This document shows, in pieces, positions 49,584 to 62,678 of a stretch of DNA of 64,000 bases; position 1 is the first letter of the stretch, and each line of letters begins with the position of its first letter. The stretch is from Mobula hypostoma (lineage: Eukaryota), in assembly GCF_963921235.1 (NCBI RefSeq), contig NC_086129.1:25668001-25732000 (forward strand), in the 5' to 3' direction. The notes below the pieces were generated by a model, which had not been told where the DNA came from, did not search any database, and saw only the letters and a list, made by a program, of their open reading frames with translations. The position numbers were made by a program, and so were the translations under genes.

Positions 49584-51039
49584 TTCTTGCATCACTGTCC
49601 CCAATTCCTCTGCCCACAATTAACTCAGTTAGATCATTGCTTACCTTGGCTCTAACTCCATTTGCTGGCCTTAGTTTATATCTTTTTTTAAAAAAGCAAC
49701 AAAGACAACATTTGACTCTGAGTCCACGGGCTTCTGAAAGGGGGAGTTACAAATTTCCACTGCTTTTATGGAAAAGTACTTCCCAATTTCTCTAACCTTG
49801 TTGTAAATTGAAGATCATTTGTCCTTAATTGCTCTACACCTGAGAAAATAGTTTCTTTGTTCCACTTCAATCAAGTCCAGTTATTGTGAAGAGCTCAGCC
49901 AATCACTTACTTTGAAAGCTTCCATATTTAAAGTTTATGCAACTTGTCCTAATAATTTAACCCTTTATGACAAGGATCATAAGCCAATGTCAATTTATTT
50001 GTCCTACAATCATACCAATTAATCTCCCCGAGTTATTAGTGAAAGCAACCAATCATGACAACCCCAGAACCCCAGCCAGCATGCTCTTTCTTCAGCCAGC
50101 TTAAGACTTGTCTGCTCAATCAGAGCAAAGAAAGCCTCGCATTATATATTGCCTTTCAGAACCTCAGGGCAACAGAGAAGTTCTCTGAAGTGAAGCCATG
50201 TTCTAATGTAAGAAATATGAGCTAATTTGTGAACAAAGTTGTCCCACAAAAAAAGTGATGAAATAAATATCCAGTATGTCGATTTTGCATGCTAGATGAA
50301 AGATAAATGATTACTCCAAGACTGAATGTAGACCGAACTGTGGCATAGGATCTTTCATATCTAATCTGAGAACACAGATGAAGTTTAGTTTTACAGGGAG
50401 TGAATATCTTACACTATAGCACTCCTGCAGCAGTCTAATAGAATGTCAATCTGGATTAACAATCTATCATTCCAATCTTCCAAAACAATACTTCATCTTC
50501 TCAAATTTGCTTTGCTATATCATCTTTCATCATCCAACACTCTGAAATTCTAATACTTCCTAAAGGCACAAATCGGTGATTTCAGAGTTCTCAGTGGAAC
50601 ATGTTCTGCCACTTAGTCCATTTCTTCTTCTTTACAGGTGTTTTGGCCCATTGAATCTCAAATGGGAACAATACAAAATGCCATAGATGCTGAAAACTGA
50701 TATAAAAATATAAAATGCTTGAGATACTCATTGGGTCAGGCAGCATCTGTGGTCAAAAACAAGAGTTAATTCAATAGGTTAATGACCTTCAGTCAGAACT
50801 GAAAGAAAATGACAAAACATGTTGGAATGGAGTGGAGAAACTGAAAGGAAATTTGTGATAGGATAGAGACCAGAAAATCCCCAGTTACCAGAAACACCAT
50901 TGGTGGAGACTAACTGAGGAAACAGATGCTCGTCACCCACTGCTGAACAATCTGGAGGAGCATACATAGAACAACGCTGCAAACGATCATCAGGGCAGGC
51001 AGAATAGGTGGGAAGAGAGACATAAGAGACATAAAAGAC

Positions 51040-51122
51040 ATAGTCATAGTCATAGTCATACTTCATTGAACGAAAAGCAATTTCCCCCCGGGATCAATAA
51101 AGTATGACTATGACTATGACTA
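51040..51122. repeat. Inverted pair of Rex-LINE 3' tails
   Basis: (atagtc)3 atacttcattga ... tcaataaagtat (gactat)n; same tail as 31393-31445. Confidence 0.85.
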
Positions 51123-51812
51123 AAAAGAGTTAATATTTCCTGTTGAAGACACTTTGTCAGAGCTGAGGAAAATGAAGTTCAGAAATCTTAATTCAGATTG
51201 TTTAACGTCTTTTCCAGTACACAAGTGTAAGGGGAACAAAATAATTATTACTCCAGATCCGATGCAGCGCAAAAAAAACCCACAATCAAATAAGAAACAC
51301 AATAATGCTACTGGAGCCAAGGTCTATGGTGCTTGTATGTTTCAGCTCATTTTGACAAGATAAATCTCACTGGTTGCTGTTTCCCACTTACTTTAAACTC
51401 ACTGGGTTCGGCAGAAAGTTTAATATACCACTGGGTAACGTATAAAAAGAAGTGATATAAAAGTGCAATTTGGGTATCAACATGGGGAACATCCAATAGT
51501 CCAGAAAACCCAATAATCCCAGCAAGGGGAGTTTTACTGTACAGCACTGGGATGTCAAAGTATTTTTGAAGTTCAATCTTTAGTTTGGGGCTCATTATCT
51601 TTTTGCCTCTTGTCTAGATTTTGAAGCCAAGCTAAAATACTGCACTGCAGCAGGGTTCATTTTGATGACAACTATAATTTTTCTTCAATCCTTACACCGA
51701 ATTATTGACAAAAGAAAATATTTTGCGGATCTCCCCAAGATCACCTGTGGAAACTCTTCCTGCTAAGATTAAGTTTGGCAGCTTTGCTAATACTTGAATA
51801 AAGCTTCTAAAG

Positions 51813-53798
51813 CAGTGATTCTCAAAGTGGGCGATATCACCCCTTGACCAGCAATTTACAACAGTTTATTTTTCACATCAGATTTCCAGCATTAGCAGCT
51901 TTGTTTTTGGTTTTTGTTTTTTTTTAAATGTCGAGTATAGCCTGCTTCAGGATCAAGGATTATTCACCATGTACATTTATATGTATCAGGAAAATGCACT
52001 GAAAATTGAATGTTCCATTAATTTCAAATAAGCAGTATAAATAACAAGTAATAAAAAATGAAGTCAGTTCATTTCAATTATCTTTGAAATAGGAGGTGAA
52101 TGCTGTATCCTCCTTGCAGAGTTGTCTCTAAAATCATTCAACAGCTACTTCTGACTTTTCCATGGATTCTTCTTTAATGTCTTGGCTGGACAATAATCCT
52201 ATAAACTTTACTTCTCCCAAGCCGTAAAACATCACTTCTTCATTCAAGTGTAAAACAGGAACCAATTCCCATCCTATCAATTTCACACTGAGTTGGTACT
52301 AAGTGAAAGTTACCTCCAGTGAGTCACTCGGAACTGTAAGGTTACATATGGAGCAATCATTTTGCACCAATAACATCCAAGTCAAATCAAATGGCTGAAT
52401 GACCAATTAAGTCTATTGTGTTAGTACTGGAGGAAGGGAGAATGGCAGTCAATGACATAGGTGAGTCACTAGCCTCCATTTTTGACCAGCATTAAAGGAT
52501 TTGTTGCATTGACTGAAAAAGCTGGGGCCTATATTAAAGCAGCATTGACTCAGTGCGGTACCTAACATATTTACCATTCACTGTGTAATTCACAGACAAC
52601 ATCTTCTCACAAAAAACCTAAGTGATTGGCTTATCGTTAAATACTGTTATCACAGTGGTAAATAAAATCAAGTCCCATGCTCTCCGTTCTTGACTATTTT
52701 GAGTTTTGTATTGTGAATGAACAGTTTAAATGCTTGCTGTTGCACACAGAAGTCAAATGGTTCTCAAAAGGAAACTGAGATGCTTTTATGTGCTTTTGGA
52801 AACTGTGATAAAATTCTTTGAAGACTAGAATGTAATTCAGTAATCAACTCAAGAATATTAGGCATGACATTGTTTATTTGTCAGAATGATTCGCAAAGTT
52901 TAATGAAATCAGTCTTCAATTGCAAGGAAATGATGTGAATCTTATCAAAGTCAAATGAGTCATCTCTTCATTTTTGTCCAAGTTAACCCTCTTTAAGTGC
53001 AACACTGACCATCATGACCTTTTCCAGTTTCCCAGCCTCTCTAGAGTTGGAAGAGAAAGAAGGAGTACCAGCTGATGATCTTCAAGTACACTGTGCCCAT
53101 GTGGGTGAGCTGCATAAAGATATATCAGAGAGATTTCAGGATCTTCTATCGATCCAAATTCCAGATTGAGTAATAAATCTAGGAAGGATGGAGGAAGAAC
53201 TGATCTCGCTACAAAATGACTGAACTGAAGCTGAGGTTCAAAAAATTATTGAAAAATTATTTTCATTGCAGAAAGAAATCTCTGAATGCTATGCTATACT
53301 GTGGAAAAAGGTTGAGATGTTCTTTATTGCCGTTCCGACGTCGTAGTTAGAGGAGTGCGGTTTCAGTGCAGTCACCCAGCTTCTTTCAAAGCAATGAAAC
53401 AGACTGCAAATTACTGAGCGTGGGGATCTGAGGCTCCTTCTGAGTGACATTCAGCCTGATGTTGAGAAGTTGGTATCACTGCACCAAGCCCGTGCATCTC
53501 ATTGAAAAGTGAATGTACAATGAAGTAGTGAATAGTTGGACTAACAATGTATGCTCTAAAGTTGTTGATGAACATAGTTTTATTGAAATTAAAGAAATAA
53601 TTTTATTTGTAGCTTAAATAAATTTGAAACACTTTTGCAATTACTTGTCAATGCTTTGAATTTGTAGTTCCTATTTTCTTTTGCTCTGCATCGTAAATCA
53701 AAATTCTTTATAATTTTTATGTAATAGGTGGGGGGGGTGCTGGGGATGTGGTCTGGGAGCTAATGGGGTAGTAACTCAAAAAAGTTTGGGAACCACTG
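51813..53798 (+). mobile_element. hAT Charlie/Buster-type DNA transposon fossil
   Basis: TIRs cagtgattctcaaagt / agtttgggaaccactg; perfect 8-bp TSD ttctaaag (51805-51812 and 53799-53806). Confidence 0.9.
52520..53504 (+). pseudogene. Buster/Charlie hAT transposase pseudogene, C-terminal part
   Basis: IHCVIHRQHL, LLLHTEVKWFSKGN and PTS*LEECGFSAV...NRLQITERGDLRLLLSDIQPDVEKL (hAT dimerisation domain); several stops and frameshifts. Confidence 0.88.
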
Positions 53799-56700
53799 TT
53801 CTAAAGTGTTTACATCAGCAAAACCAGTACTGACTTCATCTGATGTCTTTGCCAAAGCTGATCAGGTGGGATCAGTGGAGAGTAATCAGGAGTCCATTCT
53901 CTCCGTCCCTTAACCAGAAGTATTGAAGCTAGTTATCGCACTGTGCCCCTACCCACTTAACAAACTGAAATTAACTAACTCAGCACAGAGTGGAGGAGAA
54001 AGTTTATCCCCTCAAGCTTATTTTAATATCTGCCAGGTACTAATGATCTCCATCTCAACTTCACTTACTCACCATTGCTTCACATTCCTTAATATCCTTA
54101 ACTAACACGGATCTATTGCACCTTATCTTGAACATTTCAACTGAGTCAGCATCCGCAGGGAACTGGAAGGTTCAGATGTCCACAATCCTTTGAGACATGT
54201 TTGATGCATGAAATTGCAAAACTGACTTTAAACAGACTATTGGAAGAGGTCTAGAAACTGGTTGATCAGATATTTCACCTAATATTGGATAGACCCCTCG
54301 AGAATCTGAATTAATCAGGAATACCTACATTAATTACTGCATTACTAGTTACGAGAGAGGAATATTAAGGCCGGTGCATCTTGCTCAGACGGAGAGCAAT
54401 TTGAAGTGGCACAACTCCTAGTTTATTTCAGATTAAGGAATAAATTCCTCTCCATAATCCTGACCAGCAGCTCTGCATCAGCATCTCAGCTGTGAGCACA
54501 GCACAGCGCCGTGCTGCATCCCATCACTGTGTGCAGAGTGTAAGCGGCATTAAGCCTATTATTGCCGCTTTCGGAAGTTTGTGCGTGCTCCTCACCAGTA
54601 TCAGCATTAACTGTGTAATTGCTTGGGAATAAGAGGATTAAGCTAATCTTCCTACAGGGCTTTTTATTGGGGAGGAGGGTAAGGGGCTAATAGAAGCTGC
54701 TGAACTCAGGTAAACAGAAATGACCTGAAAAACATCTGTCACTCCACAAAGTGAAGAGCACACCACTGGTCTTTCAATATTTTTTCGCTCCTCTTCTTTT
54801 CATTTTCTTTTGAAGGTGTCAGTAACAGAAAATATAACATTTCCTTCATATTTTGGGTTACTGGTGAAAGATTGCTACTCAGTTGTCCCTGTGTACACTT
54901 TACACTGGTCACTGAATAATAATTCAGTCAGCCTCTTTGAATGACATTGCTATTATCAGTGACTTGTAGCAAATGGATGTGAGATATTCCAAAAGTGTAT
55001 TTTGTGGAAAGATGCATGACGGGTCAAAGGTACAGATTATTTTATTTACCATTTAGTAAAGTTCAGACCAGAAAAAAAACAGTAAAATGAAAGGAATTAA
55101 AAGCATACTATCAAACATGCTGGCTAGGTACTGTAAGGATTATGGACACACACAAGTATTTGATCTTTATGGATTTGGATCGTTTCACCTGAGACATGGT
55201 GAAAAACCCACCACAACACACTGTCAGGACCACTGGGCACTCAAGCTCTATCCCAGCATGTCAGCACTCCTGGGAGAGAGGGAAATGAAAGAAAAATAAG
55301 TATAATTAATCAGAAATAAAGAAGTTTGCACTTTTCGTGGCAGCTTGAATTTATCAAGTGAAATGAATAAAACATGCAAAGTCAGGTTAAATCAAAGCAA
55401 ATTTCATGTTTCAGCCTGGAGCACTTGGATAGTAATGGATGAACACTGTACAGACATGATTGTCCTTCCACCCAGTGGCTATCTAACTTCCCAGGGTGTA
55501 AGATCCTTGGTAGTTTTGTGCAATTGGGCTGCTGCAATTCTGATACATTATTGATTACTTTCACAAGAGGTTATGAGTTGATTACTCCTCGGTATTCCCG
55601 CTTTGCTTTAACATTTCTTCACTGCACTGACTTGGAATGCAGACTCTGGAATTCACGGAATGGCCATTGTAATTCTCACAAAACAAACATAATGTCAGAA
55701 AGGAAAAGGATTACCTTAGAACATACATTGTAGTGCTCTAGCTGATCGTACTTAAGGGCAAAATGTACTCAATATATCCTCGATGCAATTCGCCCAGATA
55801 CTATCAAAAATGGGAGGTTAGTGTAGCTCATTAATAATTGCAAGGTCTCTGACTATGGACTGAGGTGTAACCCACCAGATCAAGCCAACTGCAAACTGTT
55901 ACTCTAATAGGGAGCACAAGTCTGGCTGGACAAGTATGTCAGCTTATCCAGGCTCTTTGCTAAATGACTGAACAGATTATACCTGTTAAGCTCCAACAGC
56001 AACCCTACACTTCATGCAATCACATAAAACCCTCAATTCTTTCCAACACGTTCTAAATTTCAGTGATCATGCTTGCGTAACTAAGAGATGCAGGGATAAA
56101 ATTTATATTTATATCCACCAGACAGAGAGCATCAAAAACTTCGGGACTTGGAGACACTATCAGAGAAAGAAATGTCTGCGAATGGTCAGTGATCACAAGT
56201 TTAAGGATCAGACTAAGATGATTAAATAAATCTCTGTAATTGGGCGAGACAGATTGGTCATGGTCTACAGAAGACTTAACTTTTGTCCCACTTGTCCTTA
56301 AGATATTAATTCACTTGATCAAATTAGTCAATTTTGTCAGATACATAGTGGATCTCATGCTGGTTTTCATCCCATCTGAAATTACTTCCCATTGAAATAG
56401 GAGATGGCGTGTAAAACTGACACTGCCTGGTCCAGTAGGCCAGTTAGGTTAAAGTTACTTCCAGGCCTTCTGTTTCCAGCAGGACCTCCATGCTAACCCC
56501 ATATTGGCCACTTGGCTGAAATTTAACCTTATGGATGGCCCCTGTAGTCAGGTATCACCCTGGACCATCTTGTAAAAACTCTTTTACAATGAAATAGAAA
56601 AGGCTGTACAAGGTTAAAAACCCATTCTGAGCATTTCAGAAATCAAAAGAGTAATCTAACCAGGGAGAACTGTGTAGGAGAAACTATGCTTACAATGGAT

Positions 56701-56971
56701 TACAATACAAAGACATTGGTGAGCGAAGTCCAACACAAGGATAGGAGGGATCTGAGCAGATGTGCTTTCTCCCAGAGAAACTGCAGAGAGTTGTGGCCAC
56801 AGCTCAGCATATCACACAACCAGCCTCCCCTCCATGGATTCTGTCTGTACTTCTCGCTGCCTCAGTAAAGCAGTTAGCCTAACCAAGGTCCCATGCACTC
56901 CAGGTATTCTCTCTTCTCCCCTCTCCCACAGGGCTGAAGGTACAAAAGCCTGAAAATATGTGACAGCTTCT

Positions 56972-57170
56972 ATAGTGGTGTTAGAAAGTTTGTGAACCAT
57001 GTAGAATCTTCTCTATTTCTGCATAAATCTGACTTAAAATGTGATCAGATCTTCATGTAAGTCCTAAAACTAGATAAAGAGAACCCAATTAAATAAATAA
57101 CACAAAAATATTATACTTCTTCAGTTATTTATTGAGAAAAATGATCCAATATTACAGGTATTTTTTGGAA
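56972..57170. mobile_element. Tc1-like terminal fragment
   Basis: tatagtggtgttagaaagtttgtgaacc...gtgatcagatcttc resembles a Tc1 long TIR. No partner end found. Confidence 0.55.
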
Positions 57171-57269
57171 TACACCATTTCCTCAGTTTAAGCCTGTGTA
57201 ACGCCCAAAGAAGCTTGCCATTCTGTGGAAAAAGGATGATGATTCTGCAGGGATTAAGTCAAATAGCAA

Positions 57270-57545
57270 AAGGGTATAGCTTAAAAGGTGGGGTGGGAGG
57301 ATGAACTCTAAAGGGGATGGAGGGTGTGGAGCAAGTTTTGTTTTACTCAGGGAGTGGTAGGTGTCTGGAATGCACTGCCAAGGATGTTAGCAGAAGTAGT
57401 TACCATATTGATGTTCAAGAGGCTTTTAGGTAGGCACACAAATATGCAGGAAATAGAACCAATTGGTCCTTGTGAAGGCAGAAAGAATTACTTGAATCTG
57501 GCATAGACATGGTTGGCCTATGCTGTACTGTTCATTGTTCTATAT
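57270..57545 (+). mobile_element. CR1 LINE 3' fragment
   Basis: FTQGVVGVWNALP motif. Confidence 0.75.
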
Positions 57546-59049
57546 AAACTTATGCATGGTGCAATTCTGAGTCCTGACTTGGTAACTAAGCCTACCTATG
57601 GGATACATTAAATGTGATCGTAAGCACAAAATGCTGGTATTTTGACATGTTTGCAATGTTCAGTCTGTAGCAGCAATTCCCCCATCCCACAGGTCAGGTA
57701 GGGCAACACAGACTCACAGCACCAACCATCAATCTGTTCACTGAGAAGAGGATCTGCTATTTTTAAACCTTTCAGGCCTGATGGATCCTGATGTGCAGGC
57801 AGCTCTGGTCAAATCATTCAAAATGGCAAGACTCCCATCTGCAAGCTTCCTGCATAGCGTGGCTCCTGGCACAGAGGAGTGCAGTGCATGAGACATGCAG
57901 TGTGCAATGCACTTGGAATTGATGAGCTCCTGATAAGAAATAGTGTCTACTCATATCAAGCTGATAAGACAAACTACATCAAGAGTTACAAATAAATGTG
58001 AACTATTTACTGGCAATTTAGTGCAACTATAACCAGCGATTTAATCACCATTAATGTCTGATCATACCAATCCAATATGAATTTAGCATCTTCAATGCAA
58101 ACAAAGTCAATGCAATATTAAATGTATGACCATATACTGTGATCAAAAACTATGTAGCTTGTCAAGAAACTAAGTGAATAAAGACACCAACTCCACAGAC
58201 CAATCATTTAGTCTTGAACTTCCCAAGTTCAGCTCCCATTTTACATTGTTATCTGAATTTAGTATGGGCAGAAATTGGGGAGTATCATTTACGTCAGAGC
58301 TGAGGAAAGGGGAAGGAATTTTTGTACGTGTAACAGTGTTAGAAACCAGGTGCTGCAGATACTGGGTCAAGAAGCAAAAAATGAGTTTAGCTGTGATGCC
58401 ATTTGTATTCAGAAAATTACTCCCAATTCTTCGTGTCGAGCTGCCTTACATGAATCCTGGTCACTTGGGCAAGGTGCCAAAGGATTGCTATCCTCAGTAG
58501 AACTGTAACCAGGCAACTGCCAGTTGCTTTAGAAAAATAACAAGAGAAATATTTGGTGGGTGGGTGGTAGAGAGCTTGCAGGTTGTCAACAAAACATCCA
58601 TTATGAATTATGTTTACAAACTGCCTCTCCGACATTTCCAATACAGACTTTGTCAGGAGAAAAGTCCTTTTTAAACATCTGGACATCTGTCCTTTTGCAA
58701 GGGCGCTCATCATCATCGTTAGTAACAAATAAGAAGGCACTGTTCAAACAGCTTCTTTCACTCAAACAATAACAAGCACTGGTCAATTAAACTGACGATA
58801 GACAGATGTCTGAGTCAAGTTGTAACTGCTGCTGCTACAAATCTGTGCTCAGCGAACTCGTTTGTTCCCTAAGCCTTTGGCGATTGACAACTTTCTGGTA
58901 ACCAAATGTAATTGTCTGCATTAAAGCAATAATACAAATATTATGGGGAGCTGGACCATCTGACAGGTGCACCTCCCAATATTGAAGGTCTGCATGGTGA
59001 GGCATTGGCATTAAATCCACAGAATCTAGATCAATCACATCAAAGTAAG

Positions 59050-59460
59050 AACTAATATTTTTACCATGTCTTTTTGCAGAATCAGGACGTCATAAAATGC
59101 TTCATGCCCAACTATTTTGGAGATGTTTTTAACTGCTGTGATGCAGGGAAAATTGCAGCAGCTAATTTGTGTGCTTCTACCAGCATCAATGTGATAATGA
59201 TGGTATAATCCATTTTAATGATGTGTTTGAGCAATAAATAAACATTGGCCTGGACGCTGTCAAGAACTCCCTTGCTCTTAAGAGGCCAGATGGTGCTCTA
59301 GTTTAATGTATCATCAAAAGACAGCAACTCCAACTTTGTAGCATCCGCAATAGTGCCTGAAGTCAGTTTAGATGTTTGTACTCAGGTGTGGGGCCTGAAG
59401 ACAGAATTCTGCCTCACATGAGAATGCAGTCAAAGGAACCACAGCTGACACTCATATCCA
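59050..59460 (-). mobile_element. Ancient Deu-domain SINE (SacSINE/AmnSINE-like) remnant
   Basis: cattggcctggacgctgtcaagaactcccttgctctt resembles a reverse Deu domain. Weaker copies at about 26800-26970 and 50135-50450. Confidence 0.5.
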
Positions 59461-60065
59461 AAGAAAAAGATGATTCCAACAAAGCATATAATAAAGAAAA
59501 GAATGATAAAACTGACAAGTATAGATCGGGTATGTAGATGAAGAAACCACCCAGCATAAAACCTCTTGATTTTCTTTTCCATTGATGTTAATGCACCTCC
59601 CCTCAAAAGGATCTAAAAAATTCCATGGCATTAATTGAATCTCTCTAGTCTAAATTAATCTCTCTACTCTTCCAGACTCTAGATGTCTCTCAATCAACAT
59701 CACAAAATATAATTATTTATTTTATTTAACGATACAGTGCATGAATAGGCCCTTCTGGCCCAATGAGCCCAAGCCACACTATTACACCCATGTGACCAAT
59801 TAACCAACTAAACTGTATGTCTTTTCAGTATAGCAAATTTCTGGGGAGCTTGCACTGTGCAAATTGACTTCGGTTAATGGTGTGTATGCTTCAAAAGCAC
59901 TCCAACGACCATTAGATGCTTTGGGATGTTCTGGAGGGGATGTGAATGGTACTTTATAAATGTAGGTCTTTATTTCATTTTACCAATGGTAAATTGCTTC
60001 CTATTGAAGAGAAGGGAGATCAGATCTCAGTGACTATTAAAGGAACCAACTAAGTGACCAATTCC

Positions 60066-60880
60066 AGAGGGCGGAGATTAGGATGATGGCTTAACAGCGA
60101 CTCCTTTGCTTGCATCTTCGGAAACAGCTCTATTTCTATCTTTGATATCTATTTTTTCCCTTTTCACGGTTTGTTTGAAAACCCTGACCTGGAGTTGCAC
60201 ACTGACTTCGGTTCTTTACGGGAGCAGGACCCGCTTTTGGGGTCTCATGACCGGCTGCTTTTTGATATACCAAGGACACGGTCTGAAAGACTAGCACACC
60301 TTCAGGGTGCCAGATTTTTGTGGCTCTGGAGGCAGGCGGACTTGAGGCTGGTGCCGCTGGCAAGTGCATTGTGGGAGACAGATCGTAAGCAGCGAGCTGG
60401 CTGCTAGCTGTGTGCCCAGCGACCAGAGTTCTTTGGGCACAGAGCTCGGAAAAAGTGACGCAACAAACTTTTAACACCATAAATCAGCAAGTTGTTTTGT
60501 TATGTCTCCCCTCTCGCTGTGAAACAGGGACACCTCTTCTTTCCTTATTAGGGAGAGAGAGAGAGCGAGCCTGTGGTATATCGAATTACCAGTGAATGAG
60601 TAGTCTTTGGGGTACTGCAAGTCTGATGCTTTGCTACACGCTTGAGTGCTCAGTGGGGGGTGCCAATGCTCTTTCGCTGGTGGAGGAGGGGGTTCATTGC
60701 CTTGCTGCTGCTTGTGCATGGGAGGGGGGAGCTGGGGGGGCTTTGGGGTTCTAACATTTAACTGTCATTCATTCTTTGGGGCACTCCTATGTTTTCGTGG
60801 ACGTTTGCAAAGAAAAAGAATTTCAGGATGTATATTATATATATTTCTCTGACATTAAATGTACCTATTGAAACCTATTA
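60066..60880 (+). mobile_element. Non-autonomous retroelement with CpG-rich body and LINE-like tail
   Basis: Ends aaagaatttcaggatgtat...attaaatgtacctattgaaacctatt (poly(A) signal plus tandem tail). 5' boundary uncertain. Confidence 0.6.
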
Positions 60881-61296
60881 GCTTGGTTTGTTGCTTTAGC
60901 TTTTTCCTGCTTCTCAGTGCAGGTTCTCTATGAAGAGCCAAAAAAATTAACTTTCATAGAGAAGGTGCAAAGATCATTTGGTTTATACTATCTAGTGTCA
61001 TCAGCTGTATGGCGACCCTTCTACCAATGACATGCCACCCACTGCAAATTCTAGATAATTCCAGTTGCATGGAACCCCTTCCTCCTCAGAAACATCATTT
61101 CCATCTGCTCCAGGGGTCTTGTCATCAATCTTTACCCTGCACAAATCCTTCCATTCACACGAAAGCACAGTGCTCTGACACTCCTGTTAAGAATGCGTTA
61201 AGAGCTTATTTGCTGAAAAACACAATTCATCAATTTACTACTACTAGATAAGAGCCACTTGCATCCCAATTTCTCTCAGAGGATGGCCATCTAGAC

Positions 61297-61911
61297 CAGT
61301 GGTCCCCAAGCTCCGGGCCACGAAGCATGCAGGGGTGCAGCGGTAGCCGGAGCGCACCCAGCACATCTTTAAGAAAAAAGCCAAAATAAACAAACTAATT
61401 AATTAGGTGCCACCCGGCACGTAAATGTTGGCCCAGATCAGAGGCCATTGCCGATTTCACTTACTCTACGCGATGTTCACTCCTCTCTCCAGGGCGCTGG
61501 AGCCTTTAGCTGTTCCATTGTTTGGTCAATTTAAACACCAGTCCAGACAGGCTGAAAAGACAGGACTGTCAATATCAAGGTGACATGTTGAATCTACACA
61601 AGCTTCTAATAAAGTATTGGCGCTGCTGCACTTTCTTTGTAATGACAGTTATGTGCTGGTCCCAGGACAGATCCACTGACACTTTGCAGAGAGAGAAATG
61701 TCGATCCTTAATGCCAAAAAATTTAAAGTTATTGACCCTCCCCACCTCAGTTCCTCTAATGAAGACTGGCTTCTGGGTGGCACCTAATTAATTAGCTTGT
61801 TTATTTTGGCTTTTTTCTTAAAGATGTGCTGGGTGCGCTCTGGCTACCGCTGCACCCCTGCATGCTTCGCGGCCCGATATCGGTCCACGGCCCAGAGGTT
61901 GAGGACCACTG
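61297..61911. mobile_element. hAT MITE with long (about 100 bp) subterminal inverted repeats
   Basis: TIRs cagtggtccccaagct / aggttgaggaccactg; arms at about 61314-61416 and 61773-61876. Flanks atctagac / gtccagat form a degenerate nTCTAGAn-type TSD. Confidence 0.88.
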
Positions 61912-62678
61912 GTCCAGATAGTCAGGTTGAGGCCTTCAGAGCTACGGATGTCCAGAGCTGAAATGCACCATATAAATTAAGTAATGTCTGCTACCACATG
62001 TAAGGAACTGCAGCCCCTTTGACCTCTCCCCTGCTATTTCATTGCTGCAGGGAGACTTGTGGAAATACATTTCCACTCTCACCATTCACTCCTGCACCGC
62101 TGATGCACTGTGATTTCAGTATGCACCACCTAATATACGATACAACTCATCAAAGCTTCCTTGACAACCAATGCACAACCTCTATCCACTGGAGGGAGAA
62201 AGAACAACAGGTTCTTGAGGATACAAAGTTCCCAGTCAAGTCAAACAGCTGTCATGGACAGATTATGCCACTGTGTCTTTATGAAGACATAATGGTCCTC
62301 TCTGAGCTGCTTGTTGCTATTACTGAGGGGGGGGGGCAATGTCAATATTACATCCTAGAAGATGTACACGGCACAAACGTCTGAATAAATCATTATTACA
62401 TTGCTATTGGTGAGCTTTTTTTGTGTAGTTCACACTGGCACTGAATATTGGTTCATCCTGAACTACCAAAAGATGTCATATTGAAAGTTGTTTCCTTCTA
62501 AAAAGTCCATTGCAGGTATTGCTAGATTTCCTCACATACTGTATCTGGCATAGTTGACCCCAACAGAATATAAATGTGCTCTTCTATTCTATACCCCCAA
62601 GAAGAAATACCAAATGCCAAGTCCATATATCAGTATAAAAAAATTAACACCCCTCCCCGAGTTACCTCCCTTACTGTA

